Made by a program: the position numbers and the translations under genes
The notes under the pieces: model-generated
Seen by the model: only the letters and a program-made list of their open reading frames with translations
Told to the model about the DNA's origin: nothing
The model's database searches: none
NCBI GenBank assembly: GCA_964518765.1
Contig: CAZFJC010000001.1
Location: forward strand, 11,595-75,594
From: an uncultured bacterium
GTDB taxonomy: Bacteria > Edwardsbacteria > AC1 > EtOH8
Reading direction: 5' to 3'
DNA: 64,000 nt
Shown: in pieces, positions 17,573 to 27,088 of the stretch
Position numbering within the stretch: position 1 is the first letter of the stretch
Layout: the number at the start of each line of letters is the position of its first letter

Positions 17573-20449
17573 ATGAGATTATATGGTGTTTTGATCGCGG
17601 CAATTGTCCTGGCCACCATGGCACCGGGGCTTCGGGCCCAGGACGGATATTTCGGCAAGAACAAGGTGAACTACCGAAACTTCGAATGGCGGCAGCTGGA
17701 GACCGAGAATTTCGTCGTCTACTACTACCAGGGTGGCGACAGCCTGGCCCTGATCGCCGCCCGCTTGGCCGAGGAGGCCGGAGGCCGCCTCTCGAAAATG
17801 CTGGACCACCGCCTCACCGGACGCGTCCCCCTGGTGGTCTACTCCTCACACAATGACTTCGCCCAGACCAACATCACCACCGAGCTCATCGAGGAATCGG
17901 TGGGGGGGTTCACCACCGTTTTCAAGAACCGGGTGGTGGTGCCCTTCACCGGGTCCTATGCCGACCTGAAGCACGTTATCGCCCACGAGCTGACGCACGC
18001 CTTCATGTTCGACCTGTTCTTCGGCAAATCTCTGGAATCCGTCCTCTCCCGGCAAAGCCTAGCGTCGGTGCCGCTGTGGTTCGCCGAGGGCTTGGCCGAG
18101 TACTGTTCTCGGGGCTGGGACCCGGAGGCCGAGATGATCATCAAGGACCTGGCAGTCAACCAGCGGCTGATACCCATAGACCAGCTGGACAACTACGGTG
18201 GAAGCTACCTGGTCTACAAGGAGGGCCAGGCGGTAATGCGTTACATCGCCGAACGCTACGGTCCGCGCAAGATCCCGGAGATGCTGCACATGTTGCGCAC
18301 TACCCACAGCATCGATCGCACCTGCCGCTCCCTGTTCGGACAGGGCCTGGAGAGGCTTTCCGAGGAGTGGATGCGGAGCGTCCAGCGCCAGTACTGGCCC
18401 GCTTTGTCCCAGCACCAGGAGGTCCCCGAGTTTGCCAAGCAGCTGACCGAGCACCAGAAGAACGAATCCTACTTTAACCTCAGTCCGGTGCTTTCGCCTC
18501 AGGGGGACAAGATCGCCTACATCTCGGATCAGGGAGGGTATGCCGGTATCTATGTGGTTTCCAGCATAGACGGGCACCGCATCAGCCATCTGGTAAAGGG
18601 CGAAAGGACCTCGATGTTCGAGGCCATGCACCTGGCCTGGTTCCGTGGCGGACTCTCCTGGTCGCCGGACGGGAGCTGGCTGGCCTTCGCCGCCAAATCG
18701 GCGACCGGGGACAGGCTCTATATCGTGGACACCGAGCGGGGGCGGGTGGTTAAAGAGCATCGGTTCGACCTAGACGGTATCTACTTTCCCAGCTGGTCGC
18801 CCACGGATAACCGCATAGCCATCTGCGGGATAAAGGATGGCAAGGCCGACCTCTATCTGACCGGGGCCTTCGAGGGAGGTCTCTTGAGGTTGACCGACGA
18901 TTTCTACGACGACCGCCATCCCTGCTGGTCCCCAGACGGCAGCCGCCTCCTGTTTTCGTCCGACCGGCCGTCCGAAGCCGACAGCAGCCAAACAGGCGGG
19001 CTTTCCTTTGGCCGATACCGCCTTTTCGTTCTGGCGGCGCCCTCCGATTCAACCGGCCAGGCGCCTGATACCCCGGCCTGTGTCACCCCCGATGAATGGG
19101 GCGCCAGCGATCCTTCATGGTCCGCCTCTGGCATCTGCTATGTCTCCACCTTCAACGGGGTCCCCAACATCTTCTATCTCGACGCGCCGGGAGGAACGCC
19201 GTCGTTGATGACCAACGCTCTGACCGGATGCCTCCAGCCCCACTGGTCGCGCGACGGAAGTCGGCTGGCCTTCATCGGTTACCACCAGACTGGGTGGAAC
19301 GTGAGCCTGATGAGGAACCCGCTGGAGTCAAAACCGGTATTAAAACCGGCCGAGGAGGATGCCGGCGACACCACCTGGCACCGGCCCCGGAGGTTCACCG
19401 TGGTTTTGGGCGACAGCACCGCCGGCACCAGCCGCAAGGCCTCAACGCGCTTCTCCATCGACTGGGCTAGGGGGTCCATCGGCTATAGCTCCCTGATTGG
19501 GTTGGCTGGACAGGCCGAGATCATGGTCACTGATATGCTGGGCAACCATCTGTTCGCCTGGCAGTCGGACATGGTGATCAATCTGGAAAACTCCGACTAC
19601 CAACTTACTTATTTCTACCTGCCGCGGCGCCTTGACTACGGGCTAAGCTATTACCAGGGACACAACTACTACCTGGCCAACAACGACGACATCGTCATCG
19701 AGAAAGTTAACGGAGTCCAGGGAATCGTCTCCTATCCCTTCAACAAATACCAGCGGGCCGATCTGGTGACCAGTTGGAACCACTACCGCCAGAGCTATTA
19801 CTACTACTCGCGTCCCGACGCCAGCCTGGACATCATCGTTCCCACCCTGATGCTGGTACACGACGACGCTCTTTGGGGCCACACCGGTCCGGTGGTGGGT
19901 CGGCGGTGGCTGGCGGCCGGGGAAGCCAGCCGCAGGGTCTGGGGGAGCGATCTGGACTTCGTCACCGGCTATCTCGACCTGCGCAACTACTGGAGGCTCT
20001 CCCGGCGCGTCAGCTTGGCCTCCAGGCTGATGGGGGGAGCCTCGGTGGGTCCGGATCCCCAGCGATTCTATCTCGGCGGCAGCCAGACCCTTAGGGGCTA
20101 CGGCTACGAGTCTTTGTACGGCACCAGGATGGCTCTGGGAAACCTGGAGCTGAGGATACCCTTTATCGACCGGATGGAGATGGCTTTTCCGCCACTTCAC
20201 ATCTACGGCATTAGGGGGGCATTCTTCTATGACATGGGCGCAGCCTGGAGCGACGACCGCGGCTTTCAGGGGGCCGCCCGGCCCGAGGACGCCCTGCTCC
20301 GCCTTCATGATCTGAAGGCCTCGGTGGGAACCGGGGTGCGCATCGGACTCTATCCCTTCGTTATCAAGCTCGACCTGGCCTGGCCCACCGACCTCTCCAG
20401 GCTGGAACGGAAGCCGGTGGTCTCGTTCGCCCTGGGGAGCGAGTACTAG
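17573..20449 (+). CDS. Outer-membrane multidomain protein: signal peptide, gluzincin (HExxH...E) metallopeptidase-like domain, PD40/TolB-like beta-propeller repeats and an Omp85-type C-terminal beta-barrel.
   Basis: Signal peptide (LIAAIVLATMAPGLRA). HELTHAF followed about 25 aa later by WFAEGLAEY. Repeated WSPDG/SPDG blades. The C-terminus (FYLGGSQTLRGYGYESL ... GNLELRIPF ... ASVGTGVRIGLYPFVIKLDLAWP) resembles the Omp85/bacterial surface antigen barrel. It is paralogous to 57702..60533. Confidence 0.6.
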   Translation: MRLYGVLIAAIVLATMAPGLRAQDGYFGKNKVNYRNFEWRQLETENFVVYYYQGGDSLALIAARLAEEAGGRLSKMLDHRLTGRVPLVVYSSHNDFAQTNITTELIEESVGGFTTVFKNRVVVPFTGSYADLKHVIAHELTHAFMFDLFFGKSLESVLSRQSLASVPLWFAEGLAEYCSRGWDPEAEMIIKDLAVNQRLIPIDQLDNYGGSYLVYKEGQAVMRYIAERYGPRKIPEMLHMLRTTHSIDRTCRSLFGQGLERLSEEWMRSVQRQYWPALSQHQEVPEFAKQLTEHQKNESYFNLSPVLSPQGDKIAYISDQGGYAGIYVVSSIDGHRISHLVKGERTSMFEAMHLAWFRGGLSWSPDGSWLAFAAKSATGDRLYIVDTERGRVVKEHRFDLDGIYFPSWSPTDNRIAICGIKDGKADLYLTGAFEGGLLRLTDDFYDDRHPCWSPDGSRLLFSSDRPSEADSSQTGGLSFGRYRLFVLAAPSDSTGQAPDTPACVTPDEWGASDPSWSASGICYVSTFNGVPNIFYLDAPGGTPSLMTNALTGCLQPHWSRDGSRLAFIGYHQTGWNVSLMRNPLESKPVLKPAEEDAGDTTWHRPRRFTVVLGDSTAGTSRKASTRFSIDWARGSIGYSSLIGLAGQAEIMVTDMLGNHLFAWQSDMVINLENSDYQLTYFYLPRRLDYGLSYYQGHNYYLANNDDIVIEKVNGVQGIVSYPFNKYQRADLVTSWNHYRQSYYYYSRPDASLDIIVPTLMLVHDDALWGHTGPVVGRRWLAAGEASRRVWGSDLDFVTGYLDLRNYWRLSRRVSLASRLMGGASVGPDPQRFYLGGSQTLRGYGYESLYGTRMALGNLELRIPFIDRMEMAFPPLHIYGIRGAFFYDMGAAWSDDRGFQGAARPEDALLRLHDLKASVGTGVRIGLYPFVIKLDLAWPTDLSRLERKPVVSFALGSEY

Positions 20450-20494
20450 GGTGGAACGCCCAGGTTCAGGGACTTGAGGCCGGAGGGGCGAACT

Positions 20495-21064
20495 ATGTCC
20501 GCGGCCTTGCGCATCATCTCCGGACGCTACCGTGGCAGAAAGCTTTGCTGCCCCGAAGGGAAGGTGACCCGACCCACCAGCGCCGTGGTCCGGGGGGCGA
20601 TCTTCAACATGCTGGGCGGATTGGTAGATGGCGAGGAGGTGCTGGATCTTTACGCCGGGACCGGGGCCTTGGGGCTGGAGGCCCTCTCCCGGGGTGCGTC
20701 CCACGCGGTGTTGGTGGAGGGAGACCGGAGGGCGGCCGAGGCTCTGCGGAGGAACGTAGCAGCATTGGGGGTTGGGGAGCAGGCTGATATCGTGGCCATG
20801 GACTGCCTGTCCTATCTCCACTGCTGCCGCAGCCAGTTCGGGCTGGTGCTGGCCGACCCGCCCTATGACGAGGGGATGTCCGGAGTTCTGCTGGAGAAGC
20901 TGGACGGGAGCCGGATAATGAAAAATGGGGGCCTGGCGGTCATACAGACGCCGTCCTCCGGCGACCCGGACCCGGGCGGACATCGGCTGCGCCTCTGGAA
21001 GACCAGGGTCCACGGCCGAACCAGGATATCGTTATATAGGTTTGAGGACGGAGGAGAGCCATGA
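20495..21064 (+). CDS. rsmD: 16S rRNA (guanine966-N2)-methyltransferase RsmD.
   Basis: LDLYAGTGALGLEALSRGA ... DPPY. GGAGGGG RBS before the ATG at 20495; the track's 20474 start is a TTG. Confidence 0.8.
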   Translation: MSAALRIISGRYRGRKLCCPEGKVTRPTSAVVRGAIFNMLGGLVDGEEVLDLYAGTGALGLEALSRGASHAVLVEGDRRAAEALRRNVAALGVGEQADIVAMDCLSYLHCCRSQFGLVLADPPYDEGMSGVLLEKLDGSRIMKNGGLAVIQTPSSGDPDPGGHRLRLWKTRVHGRTRISLYRFEDGGEP

Positions 21065-21537
21065 GAGCGGCAGTCTATCCCGGGACCTTCGATCCGGTGA
21101 CCAACGGGCATCTGGATGTCATCCGAAGGGCGCTGGAGGTGTTCGATCGGCTGATTGTGGCGGTGGCCGTCAATCCCCGCAAGACCCCGCTGTTTTCCGT
21201 CGGGGAGAGGATAGGGTTGCTGCAGAGCGCCACCAGGGCCATGCGCGGCGTCGAGGTAGACGCCATCGACGGATTAGTGGTGGATTACGCCCTGAGGAAG
21301 AGGGCGCCGGTGGTGGTCCGGGGGTTGAGGGCGGTGTCCGACTTCGAATACGAACTGCAGATGGCCCTGATGAACCGCAACCTCAATCCCCGGGTGGACA
21401 CCATCTTTCTGATGCCCTCGCAGGACCACATCTATCTGAACTCAGGGTTGGTGAAGGAGATCGCTGGCATGGGGGGTAGCCTCAGGGGACTGGTGCCGCC
21501 GGCAGTGGCCAAGGCCCTCCGGAGGAAGATGGCTTGA
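21061..21537 (+). CDS. coaD: Phosphopantetheine adenylyltransferase.
   Basis: AVYPGTFDPVTNGHLD motif; ATGA overlap with rsmD. Confidence 0.9.
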   Translation: MRAAVYPGTFDPVTNGHLDVIRRALEVFDRLIVAVAVNPRKTPLFSVGERIGLLQSATRAMRGVEVDAIDGLVVDYALRKRAPVVVRGLRAVSDFEYELQMALMNRNLNPRVDTIFLMPSQDHIYLNSGLVKEIAGMGGSLRGLVPPAVAKALRRKMA

Positions 21538-22514
21538 ACAAGTTCGTCGACCGGGCCGAGATCGAGGTATTTTCCGGCCGCGGCGGCGACGGAGCTATCA
21601 GCTTCCGCCGCGAGAAGTACGTTCCCAAGGGCGGTCCCGACGGTGGCGATGGTGGCCGGGGGGGCTCGGTGGTGCTGGAGGTTGATCCCAACCTTTGGAC
21701 CCTGAGGGATTTTCAGTACCAAAGGAGGTTCCGGGCCGAGGACGGCAAGGATGGAATGGGCAAGAAAATGTATGGCGCCGACGGCCGGGACTGTCTGATT
21801 CGCGTGCCTCCGGGGACCCTGGTCTGCGAGGCCGATAGCGGCAGGCTCCTGGCCGACTTGGTCGAACCCGGCCAGCAGGCAGTGGCTGCGGCCGGGGGTC
21901 GGGGCGGCAAGGGCAACGCTCGGTTTGCCACCGCCACCATGCAGACCCCTCGGGTGGCGGAGAAAGGCGAGAGCGGCCAGAAACTGAAGCTCCGGCTTGA
22001 GTTGAAGCTGCTGGCCGACGCTGGTCTGGTGGGTTTCCCTAATGCCGGGAAATCGACCCTTCTCTCCCAGCTGACCGACGCCAGGCCAAAGGTGGCCGGA
22101 TACCCATTCACTACCCTGTCTCCCAACCTGGGTGTGGCTAAATCCGATGATTTCCGATCATACACTGTGGCCGACATGCCGGGGTTGATCGAAGGAGCGC
22201 ACCAGGGAAAGGGCTTGGGCCTTAACTTTCTCAGGCATATCGAACGCACCCGAATACTGATGTTCGTAATAGACGCCTCCGCCAGAGAGCCCTGGCGCGA
22301 TTACGATGTCCTGAGGCGGGAGATGGCCCATTTCAACCCCTCCCTGGCCAGAAAACCCTTCCTGGTTGTTTTCAACAAGATGGACATCGCCGAAGGCAAG
22401 CCGCCGGCCAGGAAAGGCCTGAAGGCTTTATATGTTTCCGCCCTCAAGGGCGACGGGGTTTCCCTTCTAAGGGAAAAAATGATTTCCTTGCTGGAACGCC
22501 ATGCCCGAGGGTGA
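21534..22514 (+). CDS. obg: GTPase Obg (TTG start).
   Basis: FVDRAEIEV ... GGDGGRGG glycine-rich N-domain; GFPNAGKST G-domain. Confidence 0.9.
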   Translation: MNKFVDRAEIEVFSGRGGDGAISFRREKYVPKGGPDGGDGGRGGSVVLEVDPNLWTLRDFQYQRRFRAEDGKDGMGKKMYGADGRDCLIRVPPGTLVCEADSGRLLADLVEPGQQAVAAAGGRGGKGNARFATATMQTPRVAEKGESGQKLKLRLELKLLADAGLVGFPNAGKSTLLSQLTDARPKVAGYPFTTLSPNLGVAKSDDFRSYTVADMPGLIEGAHQGKGLGLNFLRHIERTRILMFVIDASAREPWRDYDVLRREMAHFNPSLARKPFLVVFNKMDIAEGKPPARKGLKALYVSALKGDGVSLLREKMISLLERHARG

Positions 22515-23112
22515 TATCAACCAGGCGGTGGAGCTGTTCAAATCCCGTGATCCGCGGAAAAGACGCTGGGCGGTGGAGCTAGCCGCCGATCTGGGGACCC
22601 AGGAGGCAGCGGCCCTGTTGGTCAAGGCCCTTCAGGATCAAAGCTGGAGCCTGCGGGAGTATGCCATCGTCCAGTCGGCCAAACTAGGGAAACCCATGGT
22701 AGCCCCTCTGTGCCGCCTGCTGAGCTCAGGGGTATGGTTCTCACGGGCGGCGGCGGTCCAAGCCCTCAAGGCCATAGGGGATCCAACAGCCCTGGGGCCG
22801 CTGTGTCGGGTGGCTTTTGATACCAACCGCAGCGTCTCCCAGTCCGCCAGAGCAGCTGCCGGCGATATTCTGCTCGGCCTCGATGCCCAGAAGGTGCTGG
22901 CCGCCGCCGCCTTCATGGACAGGGAGCAACGGAAGGGCCTGGTAGAAATACTGAAAAATAGAGACCCCGATTTGGGACGATCGCTATCTAACCTGGAGAG
23001 CGAGGGCGTCGGGAGGGAGGGCGAGAACGATCCCGAGGTCCTGCAGAGGCTCCGTGCCGCCCTCAAGGCGGCGGCCAAGCAGGAGCCGAAAGACGAAGAT
23101 GAGGAGCCCTGA
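22501..23112 (+). CDS. HEAT-repeat (PBS-lyase-like) protein.
   Basis: Repeating helical LxxALxD...VRxxAxxALxxIGDP units; acidic, K/E-rich tail. Confidence 0.5.
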   Translation: MPEGDINQAVELFKSRDPRKRRWAVELAADLGTQEAAALLVKALQDQSWSLREYAIVQSAKLGKPMVAPLCRLLSSGVWFSRAAAVQALKAIGDPTALGPLCRVAFDTNRSVSQSARAAAGDILLGLDAQKVLAAAAFMDREQRKGLVEILKNRDPDLGRSLSNLESEGVGREGENDPEVLQRLRAALKAAAKQEPKDEDEEP

Positions 23113-24202
23113 GGAATCATTCTGGTGGCTGAGGCTGCTATCGGTGCCCGGCGTCGGCCCGGTGCGCTATCGGGCGCTGCTGTCACTTTTCGGAGGGCCG
23201 GAGCAGGTTTTCCAGACCCCAGCCAAAGAGCTTTGCCGGGCCGATCTGGTGGACGCCAAAACGGCCGGGGCCATCATCGGCCATCGTGATGAATCCTGGG
23301 CCCGGAACCAGGTGGAGGCCATGGCCAAAGCAGGCGCCAGCCTCCTGACCATTGACCAGCCAGATTATCCCGCCATGCTCAAGAAAACAGACGATGCTCC
23401 ACCGCTGCTTTTCGTCTGTGGAAAAGCGGACCTTAATGCCCAACCGGCGGTGGCCGTGGTCGGCTCGCGGCTGGCCACCCAGTATGGCAAGGCCACGGCC
23501 GAACTTTTGGGAAGGGAGCTCTCCTTGGCTGGGTTCCTGGTGGTCAGCGGCATGGCCCGCGGCATAGACAGCGCTGCTCACCGGGGGGCGTTGCAGGCCG
23601 GGGCCCCGACCGTAGCTGTGCTGGGGTGCGGGGTGGACGTGGTCTATCCGCCGGAGAACCGCAAGCTGCGAGACCGGATAGCCGAGTGCGGGGCGGTAAT
23701 CTCGGAGTACCCCATGGGCCAGGGCCCCATGGCCGGCCATTTTCCCAACCGCAACCGGATCATCACCGGGATGTCGTTGGGGGTGGTGGCGGTGGAGGCC
23801 CGGGCCGACAGCGGGGTTTTCTCCTCGGTGCGCTGGGCGGCCGATCAGGGGAGGGAGGTGTTCGCCGTGCCCGGCCCCATCAGCTCGGCGGCTAGCTCGG
23901 GCACCAACCGGCTCATCAAGCATGGGGCCAAATTGGTTCAAGGGGTGGGAGACATTATCGAGGAGCTGCAACCGCAGCTGGCCGGGATGGTCGGCGTTAA
24001 GAAGGCCGGCGGCTCGGTTTCCTTGGTCGGCAACGAGGGGCTGGTTTACGGCCAGCTCTCCGACCAGCCCTTACACGTCGACAGCCTGGCCCAAGGGTCC
24101 GGCCAAAGCGTGGCCGAGGTGTTGCGGACTCTGTTCGATCTGGAGATACGGGGGCTGGTTAAGCAGCTGCCGGGAAAGATGTATGTGAGGGTGCAAACAT
24201 GA
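23099..24202 (+). CDS. dprA: DNA-processing protein DprA (Smf).
   Basis: VVGSR ... GMARGIDSAAHRGAL ... VAVLGCGVD ... FPNRNRIITG. The ATG at 23099 overlaps the upstream stop. Confidence 0.85.
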   Translation: MRSPEESFWWLRLLSVPGVGPVRYRALLSLFGGPEQVFQTPAKELCRADLVDAKTAGAIIGHRDESWARNQVEAMAKAGASLLTIDQPDYPAMLKKTDDAPPLLFVCGKADLNAQPAVAVVGSRLATQYGKATAELLGRELSLAGFLVVSGMARGIDSAAHRGALQAGAPTVAVLGCGVDVVYPPENRKLRDRIAECGAVISEYPMGQGPMAGHFPNRNRIITGMSLGVVAVEARADSGVFSSVRWAADQGREVFAVPGPISSAASSGTNRLIKHGAKLVQGVGDIIEELQPQLAGMVGVKKAGGSVSLVGNEGLVYGQLSDQPLHVDSLAQGSGQSVAEVLRTLFDLEIRGLVKQLPGKMYVRVQT

Positions 24203-24388
24203 TGATCTGTTTACAGATTGCGGCGGCAATAGCATATGTTATCGTGATGCAGCCAGATGTTCAAGCGGGCATAAACAAGTATTCAAACAAACAATATCCT
24301 GATAGTTTGTACAGGGTAACTGAAAAGCAATATACACTTGACTCGATTTCAATAAAAATCATCCAAGTATAACCAAAAAAGGGAAAAT

Positions 24389-24424
24389 ATGCAACCGTAC
24401 CACATATTTGTCGCGCATGGATAA
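24389..24424 (+). CDS. 11-codon upstream ORF (MQPYHIFVAHG) translationally coupled to the low-GC gene.
   Basis: AAGGGA RBS 5 nt upstream; its stop TAA overlaps the downstream ATG as TAATG. Confidence 0.3.
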   Translation: MQPYHIFVAHG

Positions 24425-24969
24425 TGTTAGAGAAAAAAGGCAGGAATATACACACGAAATATTTCGATGATATAGATGCTGTCGGTTATAAATATGGGAT
24501 ATTCGTGCCAAGGGAACAACCCATAAATAATCATTTTCTTATCGTTAAAATCGGCGATTATGACGGACGCCTATTTATTATTGATAAGCGTGGCAATATT
24601 GATGATTTTCCTGGCGGACGGTTCTTTATTACCGATGACAAAAGATATTTGGTCACAGAACATAGTTCCGATTCAGATGACACCCTCACTGTTATAAAGT
24701 TATCTGATGGTGCGAAATATTTTTTAGTTGAGCTGCAACGATGTATCTGGCAATGGTACCGAAATGACGGTAAATATTTTTACACTTTGGCTTCATCTAA
24801 AGACGCCACAAAACGATGGCATGAGATATCTGACACAGTGTGTCTGCTAGATTTTAAAAACCGATGTTTATACCAAAGCCCTTCCTTATTGGCTAATGAT
24901 AAAAATAGTGTAAAAGTGCAATATTACTTTGATTTCAATGATTTAAAAGATTGTGAGTGTGAAAGGTAA
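24424..24969 (+). CDS. Orphan hypothetical protein (181 aa) encoded in a low-GC island (about 35% GC against about 62% in the flanks).
   Basis: Complete ORF with AT-rich codon usage. No signal peptide and no recognisable motif; Cys pair at the C-terminus (DCECER). Confidence 0.5.
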   Translation: MLEKKGRNIHTKYFDDIDAVGYKYGIFVPREQPINNHFLIVKIGDYDGRLFIIDKRGNIDDFPGGRFFITDDKRYLVTEHSSDSDDTLTVIKLSDGAKYFLVELQRCIWQWYRNDGKYFYTLASSKDATKRWHEISDTVCLLDFKNRCLYQSPSLLANDKNSVKVQYYFDFNDLKDCECER

Positions 24970-24971
24970 AA

Positions 24972-26084
24972 ATGGCCAAGGTCTCAATAATCAATTGTAA
25001 GACATACGAACCTGCGGAAGTAATAGCGGCAGTCAACCAAAGCATAAATATACTTGGCGGCATGTCCGCCTTCATCCGGCCCGGGCAGAAAGCGCTTCTC
25101 AAGCCCAACCTGCTCTCCGCCAAGAAACCCGAGGAGGCCATCACCACCCATCCGGCGGTCCTGGAGGCGGCCATCGTCCTGGTCAAGGAGGCAGGGGGCG
25201 TGCCGGTGGTGGGCGATAGCCCGGGCGGCAAGATATCGGACCTTCGGACCTACTGGGAGGCCACCGGCACCGCCGAGGCCTGCCGCCGGCAAGGGGCGGA
25301 GCTGGTCAGCTTCGAGAAATCTGGCGTTTACGAGAAAAGGATCGGCAACCGGAAGTATTACATCGCACGGCCGGTGCTGGACGCAGACGTTATCATCAAC
25401 ATCCCCAAGCTCAAGACCCACAGCCTGACGGTGCTCACCTGCACCGTCAAGAACATGTTCGGCGTCGTGCCCGGCATCCGCAAGTCCATGCACCACCGGG
25501 AGGCTCCCAAGCCGCGCGAGTTCTCCGGCCTGGTGGTCGATATCTTTTCGCTGGCCAGGCCCCACCTGAACATAGTCGACGCCATAGTCGGCATGGACGG
25601 GCCCGGGCCCTCGGCCGGCGATCCCAAGCAGCTGGGCTTCATCATGGCCGGGGCCGATGGGGTGGCGGTGGATGCCGCCGCCTCCCATCTGCTGGATTTG
25701 GATCCCTTTAAGGTCCCTACCACCCAGATCGCGCACCGGAGGGATCTGGGCGAAGGCGACATAAAAAGGATCGAATTGCTGGGCGAGGTGCCGCAGGTCA
25801 GAAAGGACTTCCGCTGGCCACCCTCGTGGATGTACCACCTGGTGCCGGGCGCGCTGGCCAAGGCCGGAGCCAGGCTCTTTTGGATAAGGCCGGAGATCGA
25901 TAGGCAGAAATGCGTCAACTGCGGGGCCTGCGTGGAGAGCTGTCCGGTAAGCGCTCTATCGCCTGCCGTAGGGGCGCCGGTCTTCAACTACCGGCTGTGC
26001 ATCAACTGTCTCTGCTGCCAGGAGATCTGCCCGGCCCACGCCATATCCCAGCGCAAGAGCCTGCTGGCCAGGCTGCTGAGATGA
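24972..26084 (+). CDS. DUF362-family protein with a C-terminal 2x[4Fe-4S] ferredoxin domain.
   Basis: C-terminal CVNCGACVESCP ... CINCLCCQEICP. Confidence 0.65.
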   Translation: MAKVSIINCKTYEPAEVIAAVNQSINILGGMSAFIRPGQKALLKPNLLSAKKPEEAITTHPAVLEAAIVLVKEAGGVPVVGDSPGGKISDLRTYWEATGTAEACRRQGAELVSFEKSGVYEKRIGNRKYYIARPVLDADVIINIPKLKTHSLTVLTCTVKNMFGVVPGIRKSMHHREAPKPREFSGLVVDIFSLARPHLNIVDAIVGMDGPGPSAGDPKQLGFIMAGADGVAVDAAASHLLDLDPFKVPTTQIAHRRDLGEGDIKRIELLGEVPQVRKDFRWPPSWMYHLVPGALAKAGARLFWIRPEIDRQKCVNCGACVESCPVSALSPAVGAPVFNYRLCINCLCCQEICPAHAISQRKSLLARLLR

Positions 26085-27001
26085 AGCAGCTGGGATACCT
26101 GCTCCAATACGGAGCGCTGAAGGCGGCCGGATGGCTGTTCCGGATGCTGCCGCTGCCGGCCTCCCTGGCCGTGGGGTCATGGTTGGGAGCATTGGTGCAC
26201 GCCATCGGCATCAGGCGCGGCGTAGCCCTGAACAATCTAAGGCGCGTCTTCCCCGACAGACCTGAGGCTTGGCGCCGGAATGTTGCGAGGGAACTCTACC
26301 GCAACCTGGGACGGAACCTGGCTGAGCTGCTACGGTTTCCGAGCATGTCACGGAGCGAGGTGCTGAACTCTGTGGAGTTCAGGGGCCTGGAGCATTTCGA
26401 CAACGCCCTCAGAGAGGGAAGGGGAGGTCTGCTGGTAACCGCCCACTTCGGGAACTGGGAGCTCTACGGAGCCGCCATAGCCTGCGCCGGGTATCCCATC
26501 AGCGTGGTGGTTTATCCACAACACAACCGCTGGTTAGACGACAGGCTGAACGGGCTGAGGCGCTCCAAGGGGGTGGAGGTGATATACAAGCGGGACGCGG
26601 CCCGGGACATCTTTCGGGCGCTGCGTCAGAACCGCTTCGTGGCGGTGCTCATCGACCAGGACGCCGGCTCCAATGGGGTCTTCTGCGACTTCCTGGGGCA
26701 TCCGGCTTCGACCGCCCGCGGCCCGGCCCTGCTGGCCTACAAGGCCGGCGCCCCGCTGATACCAGGGGCGATACTGAGGAAACCCGACAGAGGCCACCAG
26801 GGACTCATCCACGGGATCATCCGCCCGAACTGTGCCGCGTCGGTCGATAGCGAGGTGCGACGGATCACCGGGGAGTTGAATTCGATAATCTCGGGCTACG
26901 TCATGGAGCATCCGGACCACTGGTACTGGGTGCACCGAAGATGGAAGACCAGGCCGCCGGACAGCTGTCATCCCGAGAAGATATCGTGCCCGACAGGCTG
27001 A
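26081..27001 (+). CDS. Lipid A biosynthesis (LpxL/HtrB-family) lysophospholipid acyltransferase.
   Basis: TAHFGNWE (H-x4-E/D acyltransferase motif) plus the LpxL-like layout. ATGA overlap with the upstream gene. Confidence 0.65.
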   Translation: MKQLGYLLQYGALKAAGWLFRMLPLPASLAVGSWLGALVHAIGIRRGVALNNLRRVFPDRPEAWRRNVARELYRNLGRNLAELLRFPSMSRSEVLNSVEFRGLEHFDNALREGRGGLLVTAHFGNWELYGAAIACAGYPISVVVYPQHNRWLDDRLNGLRRSKGVEVIYKRDAARDIFRALRQNRFVAVLIDQDAGSNGVFCDFLGHPASTARGPALLAYKAGAPLIPGAILRKPDRGHQGLIHGIIRPNCAASVDSEVRRITGELNSIISGYVMEHPDHWYWVHRRWKTRPPDSCHPEKISCPTG

Positions 27002-27088
27002 GGTATGAACCTAAGGTCACCATTCAACCGGTGAGGCCGGATGCTTGGCTCAGGGTGACATTTCGATAACGAAACGAATAGCGATGAT

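Noticed and set aside
19643-21013. 456-aa minus-strand ORF, and similar long antisense ORFs such as 27266..28654, 10931..11926, 452..1123, 1242..1988
   Set aside because: They lie antisense to well-supported + strand genes. Their translations are low-complexity and Gly/Arg/Pro/His-rich, as expected from high-GC antisense frames, and show no motifs.
27002-27088. Possible purine riboswitch upstream of adenine deaminase
   Set aside because: It has only a generic long-range GTCACC/GGTGAC pairing and lacks the conserved purine-aptamer core (no UAUA ... GAUAUGG ... ACCGUAAAU-like blocks).
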